DNA from: Acidobacteriota bacterium | GTDB taxonomy: Bacteria; Acidobacteriota; Vicinamibacteria; Vicinamibacterales; SCN-69-37 | Assembly (NCBI GenBank): GCA_947467605.1 | Contig: CANIII010000017.1 | Span: 28,052 to 92,051, forward strand | Reading direction: 5' to 3' | DNA length: 64,000 nucleotides | Shown: positions 1 to 8,078 of the stretch, piece by piece | How positions within the stretch are numbered: position 1 is the stretch's first letter | Layout: each line of letters begins with the position of its first letter | Notes under the pieces: generated by a model | What the model was told of the DNA's origin: nothing | Seen by the model: only the letters and a program-made list of their open reading frames with translations | Databases searched by the model: none | Translations under genes and position numbers: made by a program

Positions 1-1
1 C

Positions 2-148
2 CTGGACGCGGTCGGTAACCAGAGCACCTACAAAATGTTCGGCACGGGCGGTGATGCGAAGGGGCAGCCGACGCAGACGCAGAACATCTCGCACGGTGCA
101 CCGGCATGCCGCATCAAGAAAATCATGTTGGGCGGCGCGTTCCAATAG
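2..148 (+). CDS. TldD/PmbA-family metallopeptidase, C-terminal fragment (5' end outside window)
   Basis: The frame from nt 2 reads ..GTGGDAKGQPTQTQNISHGAPACRIKKIMLGGAFQ* (TAG 146-148). It aligns position for position with the C-termini of the two downstream TldD-like ORFs (GDAKGQPxQxQxxSHGAxxCxIxKxMxGGAYQ*). Confidence 0.6.
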   Translation: MDAVGNQSTYKMFGTGGDAKGQPTQTQNISHGAPACRIKKIMLGGAFQ

Positions 149-162
149 AAGGGCACAGACAC

Positions 163-1854
163 ATGGCGACGACGAGACGCACCTTTGTAAAGCAGGCCGG
201 CGCGGCGGGCATTTTGCTCGCCACGTCGGACCGCATTGGCGAACTACTCGCTCAGTCGGCGCCGGGCGAGGTCATGAAGTCGAAATTCAAGGGCCTCGCT
301 GACATCGCCCTCGCGGAAGCGAAGCGGGGCGGCTGCTCGTATGCCGACATTCGCTTCACGCGGAACATCAACTACGCTGGCGTGACGGCCACGGCGTCCA
401 ACGGTGCCCCGGCCGCCGACCCGGCTGCGGGCTTTGGTGGCCGCGGTGGTGGCGGACGCGCCGGCGGCGGTGGTGGCCGTGGTGGCGGCGGACGTGGCGG
501 TGGTGGATTCGGCGGCGGCGACACGATCAGCGGTGATGGATCACCGAACGCCGCAGGATTCGGCGTCCGCGTCGTCCACAGCGGCGTCTTCGGCTTTGCC
601 AGCAGCCCGATCGTGACGGAAGATGAGATCCGGCGCATCTCGCGTCTGGCCACAGAAGTGGCGCGCGCGTCGGCCATTGCGAAAAAGCGTGACTTGATTC
701 TCGCGCCCGTGCCGGCGTACCAGGTCAATTGGTCCACGGAAATGACGCAGGATCCGCGCAAGATGTCTGACGCCGACAAACAGCGCGGCCTTCAGGCTGT
801 CGTTGATGCGGCGATCAAACACAAGGACGTCACGAGCGCCACCGCATCGGCAAATTTCAGCGGCGAGTGGAAATACTTCGCATCGTCAGAAGGCTCGTAC
901 ATCGAACAGGAACTGTTCTCGACGATGCCGAATTTCAGCGTCACCGCGAAGCGCGGCGACCAGACTCGCACGCGCCAGTACGCGATGCCGGGCGGCATGG
1001 GCGGATGGGAACTCGTCGAAATCGACGGCATGATGGCCAACGTCGATCAGACGGTCGATGAAGCGATCGAACTCGGCACGGCGACGCCGCTCGTGCCGGG
1101 CGTGAAGGACTTGATCCTGGCGCCGTCCCATCTGGCGCTCACGATTCACGAGATCATCGCGCACGCCACCGAGCTCGATCGCATCATGGGCTACGAGGCC
1201 AACTACGCGGGCACGAGCTTCGTGAAGCTCGACAGCATCAACAAGCTGAAGTACGGCACGAAGCTCCTCAACGTCACCGGCGACAAAGTGCGACCGGGCG
1301 GTCGCGCGACGATCGGGTACGACGACGACGGCGTCAAGACCACGAAGTTCGACATCATCAAGGACGGCATCCTCGTGGGTGTCTCGTCGAACCGTGAGAC
1401 CGCTCATTACATTGGCGACAAGGCCAGCCGTGGCTGCACGCAGGCGAGCGGGTGGGCACAGTACCCGTTCCTTCGGATGCCGAACGTGCATCTCGAAGCC
1501 GACCCGAAGGGGCCGACGCCAGAAGAGATGATCGCGAACGTCAAGGACGGCATCCTGATCGAGGGTTCTGGTTCGTTCTCGATCGACCAGCAGCGCTACA
1601 ACGGCCAGTTCGGCGGCAGCGCGTTCTGGGAGATCAAGAACGGCAAGAAGGGCAAGGCGCTCACCAACGTCACCTACAACGCGATCACGACCGACTTCTG
1701 GGGCAACCTGCAGGCTGTCGCCGGTCCGAAGTACTGGCGACAGTTCGGCGTGGGCGGCGATGCCAAAGGGCAGCCGACTCAGGGCCAGGCCGTCTCGCAC
1801 GGCGCCTCGTGGTGCCACATCTCAAAGATCATGTGCGGCGGCGCATACCAGTAG
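163..1854 (+). CDS. TAT-exported TldD-type zinc metallopeptidase (paralog 2 of 3)
   Basis: ORF track 106..1854. The ATG at 163 gives MATTRRTFVKQAGAAGILLATS, a twin-arginine signal. It has the HExxxH motif HEIIAH and TldD/PmbA-like blocks (GYEANYAGTSFV, FSIDQQRYNGQFGG). Confidence 0.8.
   Translation: MATTRRTFVKQAGAAGILLATSDRIGELLAQSAPGEVMKSKFKGLADIALAEAKRGGCSYADIRFTRNINYAGVTATASNGAPAADPAAGFGGRGGGGRAGGGGGRGGGGRGGGGFGGGDTISGDGSPNAAGFGVRVVHSGVFGFASSPIVTEDEIRRISRLATEVARASAIAKKRDLILAPVPAYQVNWSTEMTQDPRKMSDADKQRGLQAVVDAAIKHKDVTSATASANFSGEWKYFASSEGSYIEQELFSTMPNFSVTAKRGDQTRTRQYAMPGGMGGWELVEIDGMMANVDQTVDEAIELGTATPLVPGVKDLILAPSHLALTIHEIIAHATELDRIMGYEANYAGTSFVKLDSINKLKYGTKLLNVTGDKVRPGGRATIGYDDDGVKTTKFDIIKDGILVGVSSNRETAHYIGDKASRGCTQASGWAQYPFLRMPNVHLEADPKGPTPEEMIANVKDGILIEGSGSFSIDQQRYNGQFGGSAFWEIKNGKKGKALTNVTYNAITTDFWGNLQAVAGPKYWRQFGVGGDAKGQPTQGQAVSHGASWCHISKIMCGGAYQ
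430..519 (+). repeat. Coding Gly/Arg-rich low-complexity insertion (GFGGRGGGGRAGGGGGRGGGGRGGGGFGGG)
   Basis: Read directly from the translation of 163..1854. The DNA is (GGY/CGY)n-like: ggtggccgcggtggtggcggacgcgccggcggcggtggtggccgtggtggcggcggacgtggcggtggtgga. Confidence 0.9.
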
Positions 1855-1863
1855 AAAACACAA

Positions 1864-1971
1864 GGGGTCAGAGCCCTTTTCCACAGGTTTCAACAGTTTA
1901 GGGACAGAGCTCCACTTTTTAGGACCTCTGTCCCTTTTCTGTTGAAACCTGTGGAAAAGGGCTCTGACCCC
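1864..1971. repeat. 108-nt nested perfect palindrome (REP/MITE-like) between two TldD paralogs
   Basis: The outer arms 1864-1896 (ggggtcagagcccttttccacaggtttcaacag) and 1939-1971 are exact reverse complements (33/33). An inner 10-bp inverted repeat pairs agggacagag (1900-1909) with ctctgtccct (1926-1935). The downstream RBS ggagaa and ATG 1988 follow immediately. Confidence 0.9.
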
Positions 1972-1987
1972 CTCTTCCGGAGAACCC

Positions 1988-3688
1988 ATGTCACAGACAC
2001 GACGAAGGTTTCTGCAGGCGACCGGCGTAGCCGGCCTGGCGATGGCTGCATCTGACCGTATTGGCGAACTGCTGGCGATGTCGCCGCAGGGCGCGGTGAT
2101 GCAGTCGAGCTTCAAGGGCATGGCGGACCTCGCGCTCGGTGATGCCAAGCGGCAGGGGACGACCTACGCGGACATTCGATTCACGCGCACGGTCTCGATC
2201 GGCAACTACATGGCGACGGCCGCAAACGGCACGGCCGACGCGTCCTTGTTTGCCGGCACGCCGGCCAACTCGGTGGCGATCGGCGGCGCGGCAGGTCGTG
2301 CGGGTGGCGCAGGCGGGCGAGCCGGTGGTGGCGGAGGTCGTGGCGGTGGATTCGGATTTGGCCCGGGCGATCCGCCAACGGGCGCAGGCGGCTTCGGTGT
2401 GCGCGTCATTCACTCGGGCGTCTGGGGTTTTGCCAGCAGCCCTATCGTCACCGAAGATGAGATTCGCCGCATCACGCGTCTCGCAGTTGAGATCGCCAAG
2501 GCGAGCGCGATCGCCAAGAAGGTTGATGTGCGACTCGCCCCCGTGGAGGCCTATCAGGTCAATTGGTCCACGCCGCTCGGGAGAGACCCGCGCACGATGT
2601 CTGACGTCGACAAGAACGCCACCGTGCAGGCCGTCGTCGATCGCGTGATGAAGAACAAAGACGTCCTCAACGTGACCGCATCGGTCGGCATCACCCACGA
2701 GTGGAAGTACCTCGCATCGTCGGAAGGCTCCTATATCGAGCAGGAAATCATGACGACCAATCCGTCGGTGAGCGTCTCGGCGCGCAAAGGCGACGTGGTC
2801 CGCACGCGCACGCTCGAAGGCCCTATGGGCACTGGCGGCTGGGAACTGGTTGATCAGGCGGGGATGCTGGATCAGGCGGAGCAATTGGCGGTCGATGCCG
2901 TCGAGTTTGCGGGCGCGCCCGCGATCACGCCAGGCGTTCGTGATCTGATTCTGGCGCCGTCGCACTTGTCGCTCACGCTGCACGAGATCGTCTCGCATCC
3001 GACCGAGCTTGATCGCGTGATGGGCTACGAGGCGAACTATGCGGGTACGAGCTTCGTGAAGCTCGGTGATGTCGGCAAGCTGAAATACGGATCGAAGCTC
3101 TTCAATATCACGGCCGACAAGACGCGGCGCCACGGTAATGCGACGATTGGCTACGACGACGACGGCGTGAAGACGACGGAGTTTCCGATCGTGCGCGATG
3201 GCATTCTCGTGGGGTTGCAGAGCAATCGCGAGACCGCGCACTACATTGGTGACAAGGCGAGCCGCGGCTGCACGCAAGCCACGACGTGGCGCGACTACCC
3301 ATTCCTGCGGATGTGCAATCTCCACCTCGACGCGGATCCAAAGGGACCAACGCCCGAAGAGATGATCGCCGACACGAAGGACGGCGTGCTGATTGAAGGC
3401 ACGGGCAGTTTCTCGATCGACCAGCAGCGCTACAACGGGCAGTTCGGTGGCAACGCGTTCTGGGAGATCAAGAACGGCAAGAAGACGCGGATGGTGACCA
3501 ACGTCACGTACAACGCCATCACGACCGACTTCTGGGGCAACCTCGACGCCGTCTCAGGCCCTGCCAGCTGGCGGATGTTCGGTCTGACGGGCGACGCGAA
3601 GGGGCAGCCGGTGCAGAGCCAGCGCGTGTCGCACGGAGCCTCCTATTGCCGCATCCGCAAAATGATGGTCGGCGGCGCGTACCAGTAA
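1988..3688 (+). CDS. TAT-exported TldD-type zinc metallopeptidase (paralog 3 of 3)
   Basis: MSQTRRRFLQATGVAGLAMAAS is a twin-arginine signal, and HEIVSH is an HExxxH motif. By eye it is about two-thirds identical to 163..1854 along its whole length. Confidence 0.8.
   Translation: MSQTRRRFLQATGVAGLAMAASDRIGELLAMSPQGAVMQSSFKGMADLALGDAKRQGTTYADIRFTRTVSIGNYMATAANGTADASLFAGTPANSVAIGGAAGRAGGAGGRAGGGGGRGGGFGFGPGDPPTGAGGFGVRVIHSGVWGFASSPIVTEDEIRRITRLAVEIAKASAIAKKVDVRLAPVEAYQVNWSTPLGRDPRTMSDVDKNATVQAVVDRVMKNKDVLNVTASVGITHEWKYLASSEGSYIEQEIMTTNPSVSVSARKGDVVRTRTLEGPMGTGGWELVDQAGMLDQAEQLAVDAVEFAGAPAITPGVRDLILAPSHLSLTLHEIVSHPTELDRVMGYEANYAGTSFVKLGDVGKLKYGSKLFNITADKTRRHGNATIGYDDDGVKTTEFPIVRDGILVGLQSNRETAHYIGDKASRGCTQATTWRDYPFLRMCNLHLDADPKGPTPEEMIADTKDGVLIEGTGSFSIDQQRYNGQFGGNAFWEIKNGKKTRMVTNVTYNAITTDFWGNLDAVSGPASWRMFGLTGDAKGQPVQSQRVSHGASYCRIRKMMVGGAYQ
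2282..2368 (+). repeat. Coding Gly/Arg/Ala-rich low-complexity insertion ([29 protein letters not shown])
   Basis: It sits at the same relative position as the tract in the upstream paralog, just before the conserved GFGVRV(I/V)HSG block. Confidence 0.9.
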
Positions 3689-3696
3689 GAAAAAAT

Positions 3697-3747
3697 GAGA
3701 CAAAAAGCCGGGAGTTAATTAGCAATTAACTCCCGGCTTTTTGTCTC
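3697..3747. terminator. Bidirectional hairpin terminator between convergent genes; copy 1 of a repeated palindromic element
   Basis: gagacaaaaagccgggagttaatt-agc-aattaactcccggctttttgtctc has 24-bp perfect arms and a 3-nt loop, with A/T runs on both sides. It lies between the TldD stop (3688) and the MBOAT stop (3752). The core aaagccgggagttaatt/aattaactcccggcttt recurs at 51487-51523. Confidence 0.7.
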
Positions 3748-3751
3748 TGGT

Positions 3752-5185
3752 TTAGAACTTGAAGTAAATGAAGTCCAGGCTCTGCTGGCTGTGGAAGACG
3801 AGCAGCAGTGCGAAGAGGATGCCCGCGATCACGGTTTGGCTGACGAGCCAGGGGCGTGAGCTGATGGCGCCTGTGGCGTCGCGCAGTGCGAGGCGCGGGC
3901 TGATGTGGCACTCCCAGATGCTGTTGATCCAGAGCGGCAGCGAATAAATGAACGCGAACAGGAAGAGGTAGAGGCCCGCGGTGCGATCGAAGGCGTTGTG
4001 GATGTCGGGCGCGGTTGTGAGCTCGCGCCACAGGTAGTTCGCGTCGGTCTCGCGGAACAGCAGCCAGCCGATGTTGGTCAGCACCAACATGCCGATGATG
4101 CGCAGGGGCGTGAGCGCGGCCATCCACCGTGGGTGTGTGCCCTCGCGACTCGGCGACACGGCGCGCGACACGACGAGTAACGCGCCGTGGTACGCGCCCC
4201 ACAGCACGTAGTTCCAGTTCGCGCCATGCCAGAAACCGCTCAAGAGGAACGTCGCGAAGATGTTGCGATACTCGAGCAGGCGGCCGGCGCGTGAGCCACC
4301 GAGCGGGATGTAGACGTAGTCGCGGAACCAGCTCGAGAGCGAGATGTGCCAGCGTCGCCAGAAATCTGCGGGACCCGTTGCGAGATACGGATGCCTGAAG
4401 TTCCGCATCAGGTCGAACCCGAGCCAGCGCGCCACGCCGCGTGCGATGTCGGAGTAGGCGGAGAAGTCGGCGTAGATCTGGATGCCGAATGCGAAGACGC
4501 CGGCCCACAACATGAAGAAGCCGGGCGACTTCAGCGCGAAGACTTTGTTGGCGATCACGCCGGCGTTGTCAGCCACCACCAGTTTCTGAAAGTAGCCCCA
4601 CAGAATCAGAAACATCGCATCGCGCGCCAGCGGCCACGAGAAGGTGCGCGGCTGTTCCACCTGCGGCAAGAGGTGAGCGGCCCGTTCAATCGGTCCGGCG
4701 ACCAGTTGCGGGAAGAAACAGACGAACGTCGCAAAGTTGAGAAAGTCGCGCCGGGCGTCGAGGCGACCCTTGTAGACCTCGAGCGTGTAGCTCAGTTCCT
4801 GGAACGTGTAGAACGAGATGCCGACCGGCAGCACGACCTGCAGCGCCGGCAGCGGCACCGAGAAATGCACCGCGGCCAGTGCGGCGTGCACGTTCACAGC
4901 GAAGAAGTTGTAGTACTTGAAGAATCCCAGCATGCCGAGGTTGACGAGCAGACTCAGACCGAGGAACCGGCGCTTGTTCGACGGGTGGTCGGCCATCTGG
5001 CGGCCAGCCCAGAAATCGACGGCTGTCGACGCGAAGATCAGTGCGAGAAACCACGGATGCACCCAGCCGTAGAAGACGTAGCTCGACACGAGCAGCAGCA
5101 CGTTCTGGGCGCGATGCGGCAGCCGCCAGTAGACGGTGACGACCACGAGGAAGAACGCCACGAAGGTGAGGCTATGGAAGATCAT
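3752..5185 (-). CDS. MBOAT-family membrane O-acyltransferase (AlgI/DltB-like)
   Basis: A polytopic membrane protein starting MIFHSLTFVAFFLVVVTVYW. It carries the MBOAT His block FWRRWHISLSSWFRDYVYIPLGGSR. Confidence 0.85.
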   Translation of the reverse strand: MIFHSLTFVAFFLVVVTVYWRLPHRAQNVLLLVSSYVFYGWVHPWFLALIFASTAVDFWAGRQMADHPSNKRRFLGLSLLVNLGMLGFFKYYNFFAVNVHAALAAVHFSVPLPALQVVLPVGISFYTFQELSYTLEVYKGRLDARRDFLNFATFVCFFPQLVAGPIERAAHLLPQVEQPRTFSWPLARDAMFLILWGYFQKLVVADNAGVIANKVFALKSPGFFMLWAGVFAFGIQIYADFSAYSDIARGVARWLGFDLMRNFRHPYLATGPADFWRRWHISLSSWFRDYVYIPLGGSRAGRLLEYRNIFATFLLSGFWHGANWNYVLWGAYHGALLVVSRAVSPSREGTHPRWMAALTPLRIIGMLVLTNIGWLLFRETDANYLWRELTTAPDIHNAFDRTAGLYLFLFAFIYSLPLWINSIWECHISPRLALRDATGAISSRPWLVSQTVIAGILFALLLVFHSQQSLDFIYFKF

Positions 5186-6234
5186 TTACGGATCTTCTGC
5201 ATCTGCGCCCACAGCAGTTCCGCATACGGCGTCATGGCGGCGCCGTCGACGTGATCGCCGTCGGCGTACGGCAGTTTCGCCATCTCGGGATTGTCGCGAT
5301 CGTCGAAGAACACCATCCCCCTGGCTTCGAGCCAGGCACGCAGGTCCTTTGTGTACTGCCGCAGCGCCGGTGACTCCGCGGCGGGATGCCCGTCGGCAGT
5401 GGGGCGGCGAAGGATCTTGATGAAGCAGATGCGGAGGTGATTGGCCTCGGCCAGCTCGACCCACTTTGGCAGCAGCGACCGGTTGATGTTGGCGGCGAAG
5501 TCGGCGTCCTGATCATCAACGGCCGCAAGATCGGCCTGCGCCATCGGTCGCAGGTGTTCGAGGCCAAACGCGGCGTTCAGCCCATCGAGCAGTTGCTGTC
5601 GTTTACGAATCCCGGTAGAGACGCGCGCCAGCCAGGGGGCTAGCTGCGGCTCAAGCCACGTGCGGACGCGATCGGTCCGGTAGACCCGCTGGGCTGCGTC
5701 GTGCACGCGATACCACGGGCCCTGCATCCGCTGACCAACAACGTCGTTGAGCTCGGGTTCGAACTCGTGCGCGACCCAGTCAAGCTTCACGCGGTATGGC
5801 TCGAGCAGACGGAACATCGGGTCGGTGAGGTTGGTGTCGCGCATGAAGACGAACACCCACTTCGGATGCACGCCGCTCGCGACGACGTAGTTCTTGAAGG
5901 CGAGATACCACCAACCGGAGCCCGTGGCCGGCGCGACGAGCGTGGCGACGGGACGATTGTCGATGAGTTCGCCGAGGCGCACCGGGTCGACGCGCCCGGC
6001 CATCGAGTCGCCGATGATGACGGCGCCCGGATCGGTCGTCTTCAACTCCTGGAGAGGTTTGGCGTCGAACGGTTCGCGCTCTCGACGGGCTTCAGCCGCG
6101 GGGAGGTAGCTCGGTGGTGCCGTGCTTTCGGGAGGTCCCCAAGCGGCGAGCGCGCCACGCCACGCCAGTGGCGCCGCGATGATGGCGAGGAGAACAGCGG
6201 CGAACGGCAGAGCCGCCGCAGCGCGTGAAGACAT
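5182..6234 (-). CDS. SGNH/GDSL-like periplasmic partner of the MBOAT acyltransferase (AlgJ/AlgX/DltD-type role)
   Basis: The ATG at 6234 gives MSSRAAAALPFAAVLLAIIAAPLAW, a signal anchor. It has GDS block I (AVIIGDSMAGR) and a C-terminal DxxH-type block (YADGDHVD). Its stop overlaps the MBOAT start (ATGA at 5182-5185). Confidence 0.55.
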   Translation of the reverse strand: MSSRAAAALPFAAVLLAIIAAPLAWRGALAAWGPPESTAPPSYLPAAEARREREPFDAKPLQELKTTDPGAVIIGDSMAGRVDPVRLGELIDNRPVATLVAPATGSGWWYLAFKNYVVASGVHPKWVFVFMRDTNLTDPMFRLLEPYRVKLDWVAHEFEPELNDVVGQRMQGPWYRVHDAAQRVYRTDRVRTWLEPQLAPWLARVSTGIRKRQQLLDGLNAAFGLEHLRPMAQADLAAVDDQDADFAANINRSLLPKWVELAEANHLRICFIKILRRPTADGHPAAESPALRQYTKDLRAWLEARGMVFFDDRDNPEMAKLPYADGDHVDGAAMTPYAELLWAQMQKIRK

Positions 6235-6260
6235 CCGGCGAGATTTTATTACGAAAAAAC

Positions 6261-7034
6261 CTATGTCATCACATAGACGGCGACGTTGACCGCGAATTTC
6301 GTGTTGTCTTCCGTTCGAAAACGCTTGTTCCGCCAGTCGTAGTCCCACTCGCAGCCGTAGTCTTTGTTCGAGTAGAGCACGCCGAGCCGATCGCGTTGCA
6401 CGTCGCCCCCGCGCGCGACGATGCCACGCACGTACTCGTGCACGATGTCGTCTCCCCAGCCATTCAGCTCATGCGACGTCTGGGGCGGACCCTCGGGGAA
6501 CTTGAAGAACGAACGAAAGATCGGATGGGAGTTCGGGATCTTCTCGAGTGTCTTGGGACCCGGAAACGCGCGACGCATCTCCGCTTCAAATGATTTGGCG
6601 TAGAGACCGTTGATGTCGTGATTGCAGTCGTCGGAGAAGAGCAGCCCGCCGTTGTCGACAAAGTCGACCAGGTTCTGCCGCTCGGCCGCGTTGAAGCGCA
6701 CCAGGGTGTGGCCGGTCATGAACACGAATGGAAATGACAGCAACTCTTCCGAGTCGGGCGTAATGACGATCTCTTCGGGATACACGGGAATCGTCGTGTA
6801 CTGCACGATCGCGTCGAGTACGTTGGCCGCGACCTTGGAGTTGTAGTCCCAGTCGCCCGAGTTGTAGCGCAAGCGCGCAAACACAAATTCATGGCTGCGC
6901 GGGGCACCGGCTCTGCGTGTCTGCGGTGCCGCCGGACTTGTCTGTTGGGCGCTGAGCGTGGCCGTGCTGGCGCCGACCCCTGCACCAAGCATTGCCGCGC
7001 CGATGCCTTCCAGGAACACGCGACGAGTAAGCAT
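6261..7034 (-). CDS. DUF4159-like exported protein
   Basis: It has a TAT-like N-terminus (MLTRRVFLEGIGAAMLGAG). The blocks FVFARLRYNSGDWDY, FPFVFMTGH and VDNGGLLFSDDC match my memory of the DUF4159 family. It lies 26 nt upstream of the SGNH gene on the same strand. Confidence 0.5.
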   Translation of the reverse strand: MLTRRVFLEGIGAAMLGAGVGASTATLSAQQTSPAAPQTRRAGAPRSHEFVFARLRYNSGDWDYNSKVAANVLDAIVQYTTIPVYPEEIVITPDSEELLSFPFVFMTGHTLVRFNAAERQNLVDFVDNGGLLFSDDCNHDINGLYAKSFEAEMRRAFPGPKTLEKIPNSHPIFRSFFKFPEGPPQTSHELNGWGDDIVHEYVRGIVARGGDVQRDRLGVLYSNKDYGCEWDYDWRNKRFRTEDNTKFAVNVAVYVMT

Positions 7035-7127
7035 CCATCGAAACTTTATCAGACGACGCGTCGGTGGCCCTCCGGACCGTTAACCTCCGGCTCGGATCTC
7101 CGTATTACCGGGCAGAGGAAACTGCTG

Positions 7128-8057
7128 ATGAACCTGTTTCGAGCCCTTGCCCCATTCGCCGCCACGACGGCCTTGACAACCAGCCTGCTGGCCGCCCCGG
7201 CCATCGCTCGCGCCCAGGCCCCGCGTCTCCCGTCTGCGCCGTCTCCGGCGAGCGCCCCGGCAGTCCCCGCAGGCCTGACGGTGATCGAATCTCGAAACGC
7301 CGATGAGACCCGTGACGCACTCATGGAGGCGCTCAAGCGCTATCCGCCCTCAGTGGGACGCGTGCTCAAGACGGACCCAAGCCTGATGAGCAACGCGTCC
7401 TACATGTCGGCCTATCCGGTGCTGACGCAGTTTCTCCAGCAGCATCCGGATGTGGTGCGAAACCCGACCTACTACTTCGGCGAGCTCGACGGTTTGAACT
7501 ACTCGACCAGCCGCGAGACCCCAACCCAGCAAGCGATCAACGCCTGGCGAAACATCATCGAAGGCTTCACGTTCCTCCTCGGCTTCCTGAGCGTTGTGGC
7601 CGGCATCACCTGGATCATCCGCTCCGTCATCGAGCATCGTCGCTGGTCTCGGCTGTCGCGCGTGCAAGCCGAGGTCCACAACAAGCTGATCGACCGGCTC
7701 GCATCGAACGACGAGATGCTGGCCTACATTCAATCTCCGGCCGGTGCAGGCTTCCTGAAGGCCGGCCCGATCGATGTCGGCACGGGTTCGAAGTCGATGC
7801 ACGCGCCCTTCGGTAAGATCCTGTGGTCAGTGCAAGCTGGCGTGGTCGTGCTCGCACTGGGTCTCGGCCTCCGCTGGGTCACTGTTAGCGCCCCGAACGA
7901 AGTTGTCGAGATGCTCCACTTCTTCGGCATCATCGCGCAGGCGCTGGGTGTCGGATTCATTGTCTCTGGCGGACTCACGTATCTGCTGTCGCGCCGGATG
8001 GGTCTGATCGACCCATCCGCCACGACGACGGAACGCGGGACCCCGTCACGCTCGTAA
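7128..8057 (+). CDS. Hypothetical exported/membrane protein (signal peptide plus about 3 C-terminal TM helices)
   Basis: The ATG at 7128 is preceded by gaggaa. It has the signal peptide MNLFRALAPFAATTALTTSLLAAPAIARAQ and hydrophobic helices such as FTFLLGFLSVVAGITWII. It ends 21 nt upstream of the ECF sigma gene. Confidence 0.5.
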   Translation: MNLFRALAPFAATTALTTSLLAAPAIARAQAPRLPSAPSPASAPAVPAGLTVIESRNADETRDALMEALKRYPPSVGRVLKTDPSLMSNASYMSAYPVLTQFLQQHPDVVRNPTYYFGELDGLNYSTSRETPTQQAINAWRNIIEGFTFLLGFLSVVAGITWIIRSVIEHRRWSRLSRVQAEVHNKLIDRLASNDEMLAYIQSPAGAGFLKAGPIDVGTGSKSMHAPFGKILWSVQAGVVVLALGLGLRWVTVSAPNEVVEMLHFFGIIAQALGVGFIVSGGLTYLLSRRMGLIDPSATTTERGTPSRS

Positions 8058-8078
8058 GGTGTGTCAGCATGAGGCTGT

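Noticed and set aside
7043-7110. Possible ECF-type promoter (AAC-N16-CGTA) upstream of the 7128 membrane-protein / ECF sigma operon.
   Set aside because: It is only a loose match found by eye in a GC-rich spacer. It cannot be distinguished from chance without a position-weight matrix or TSS data.
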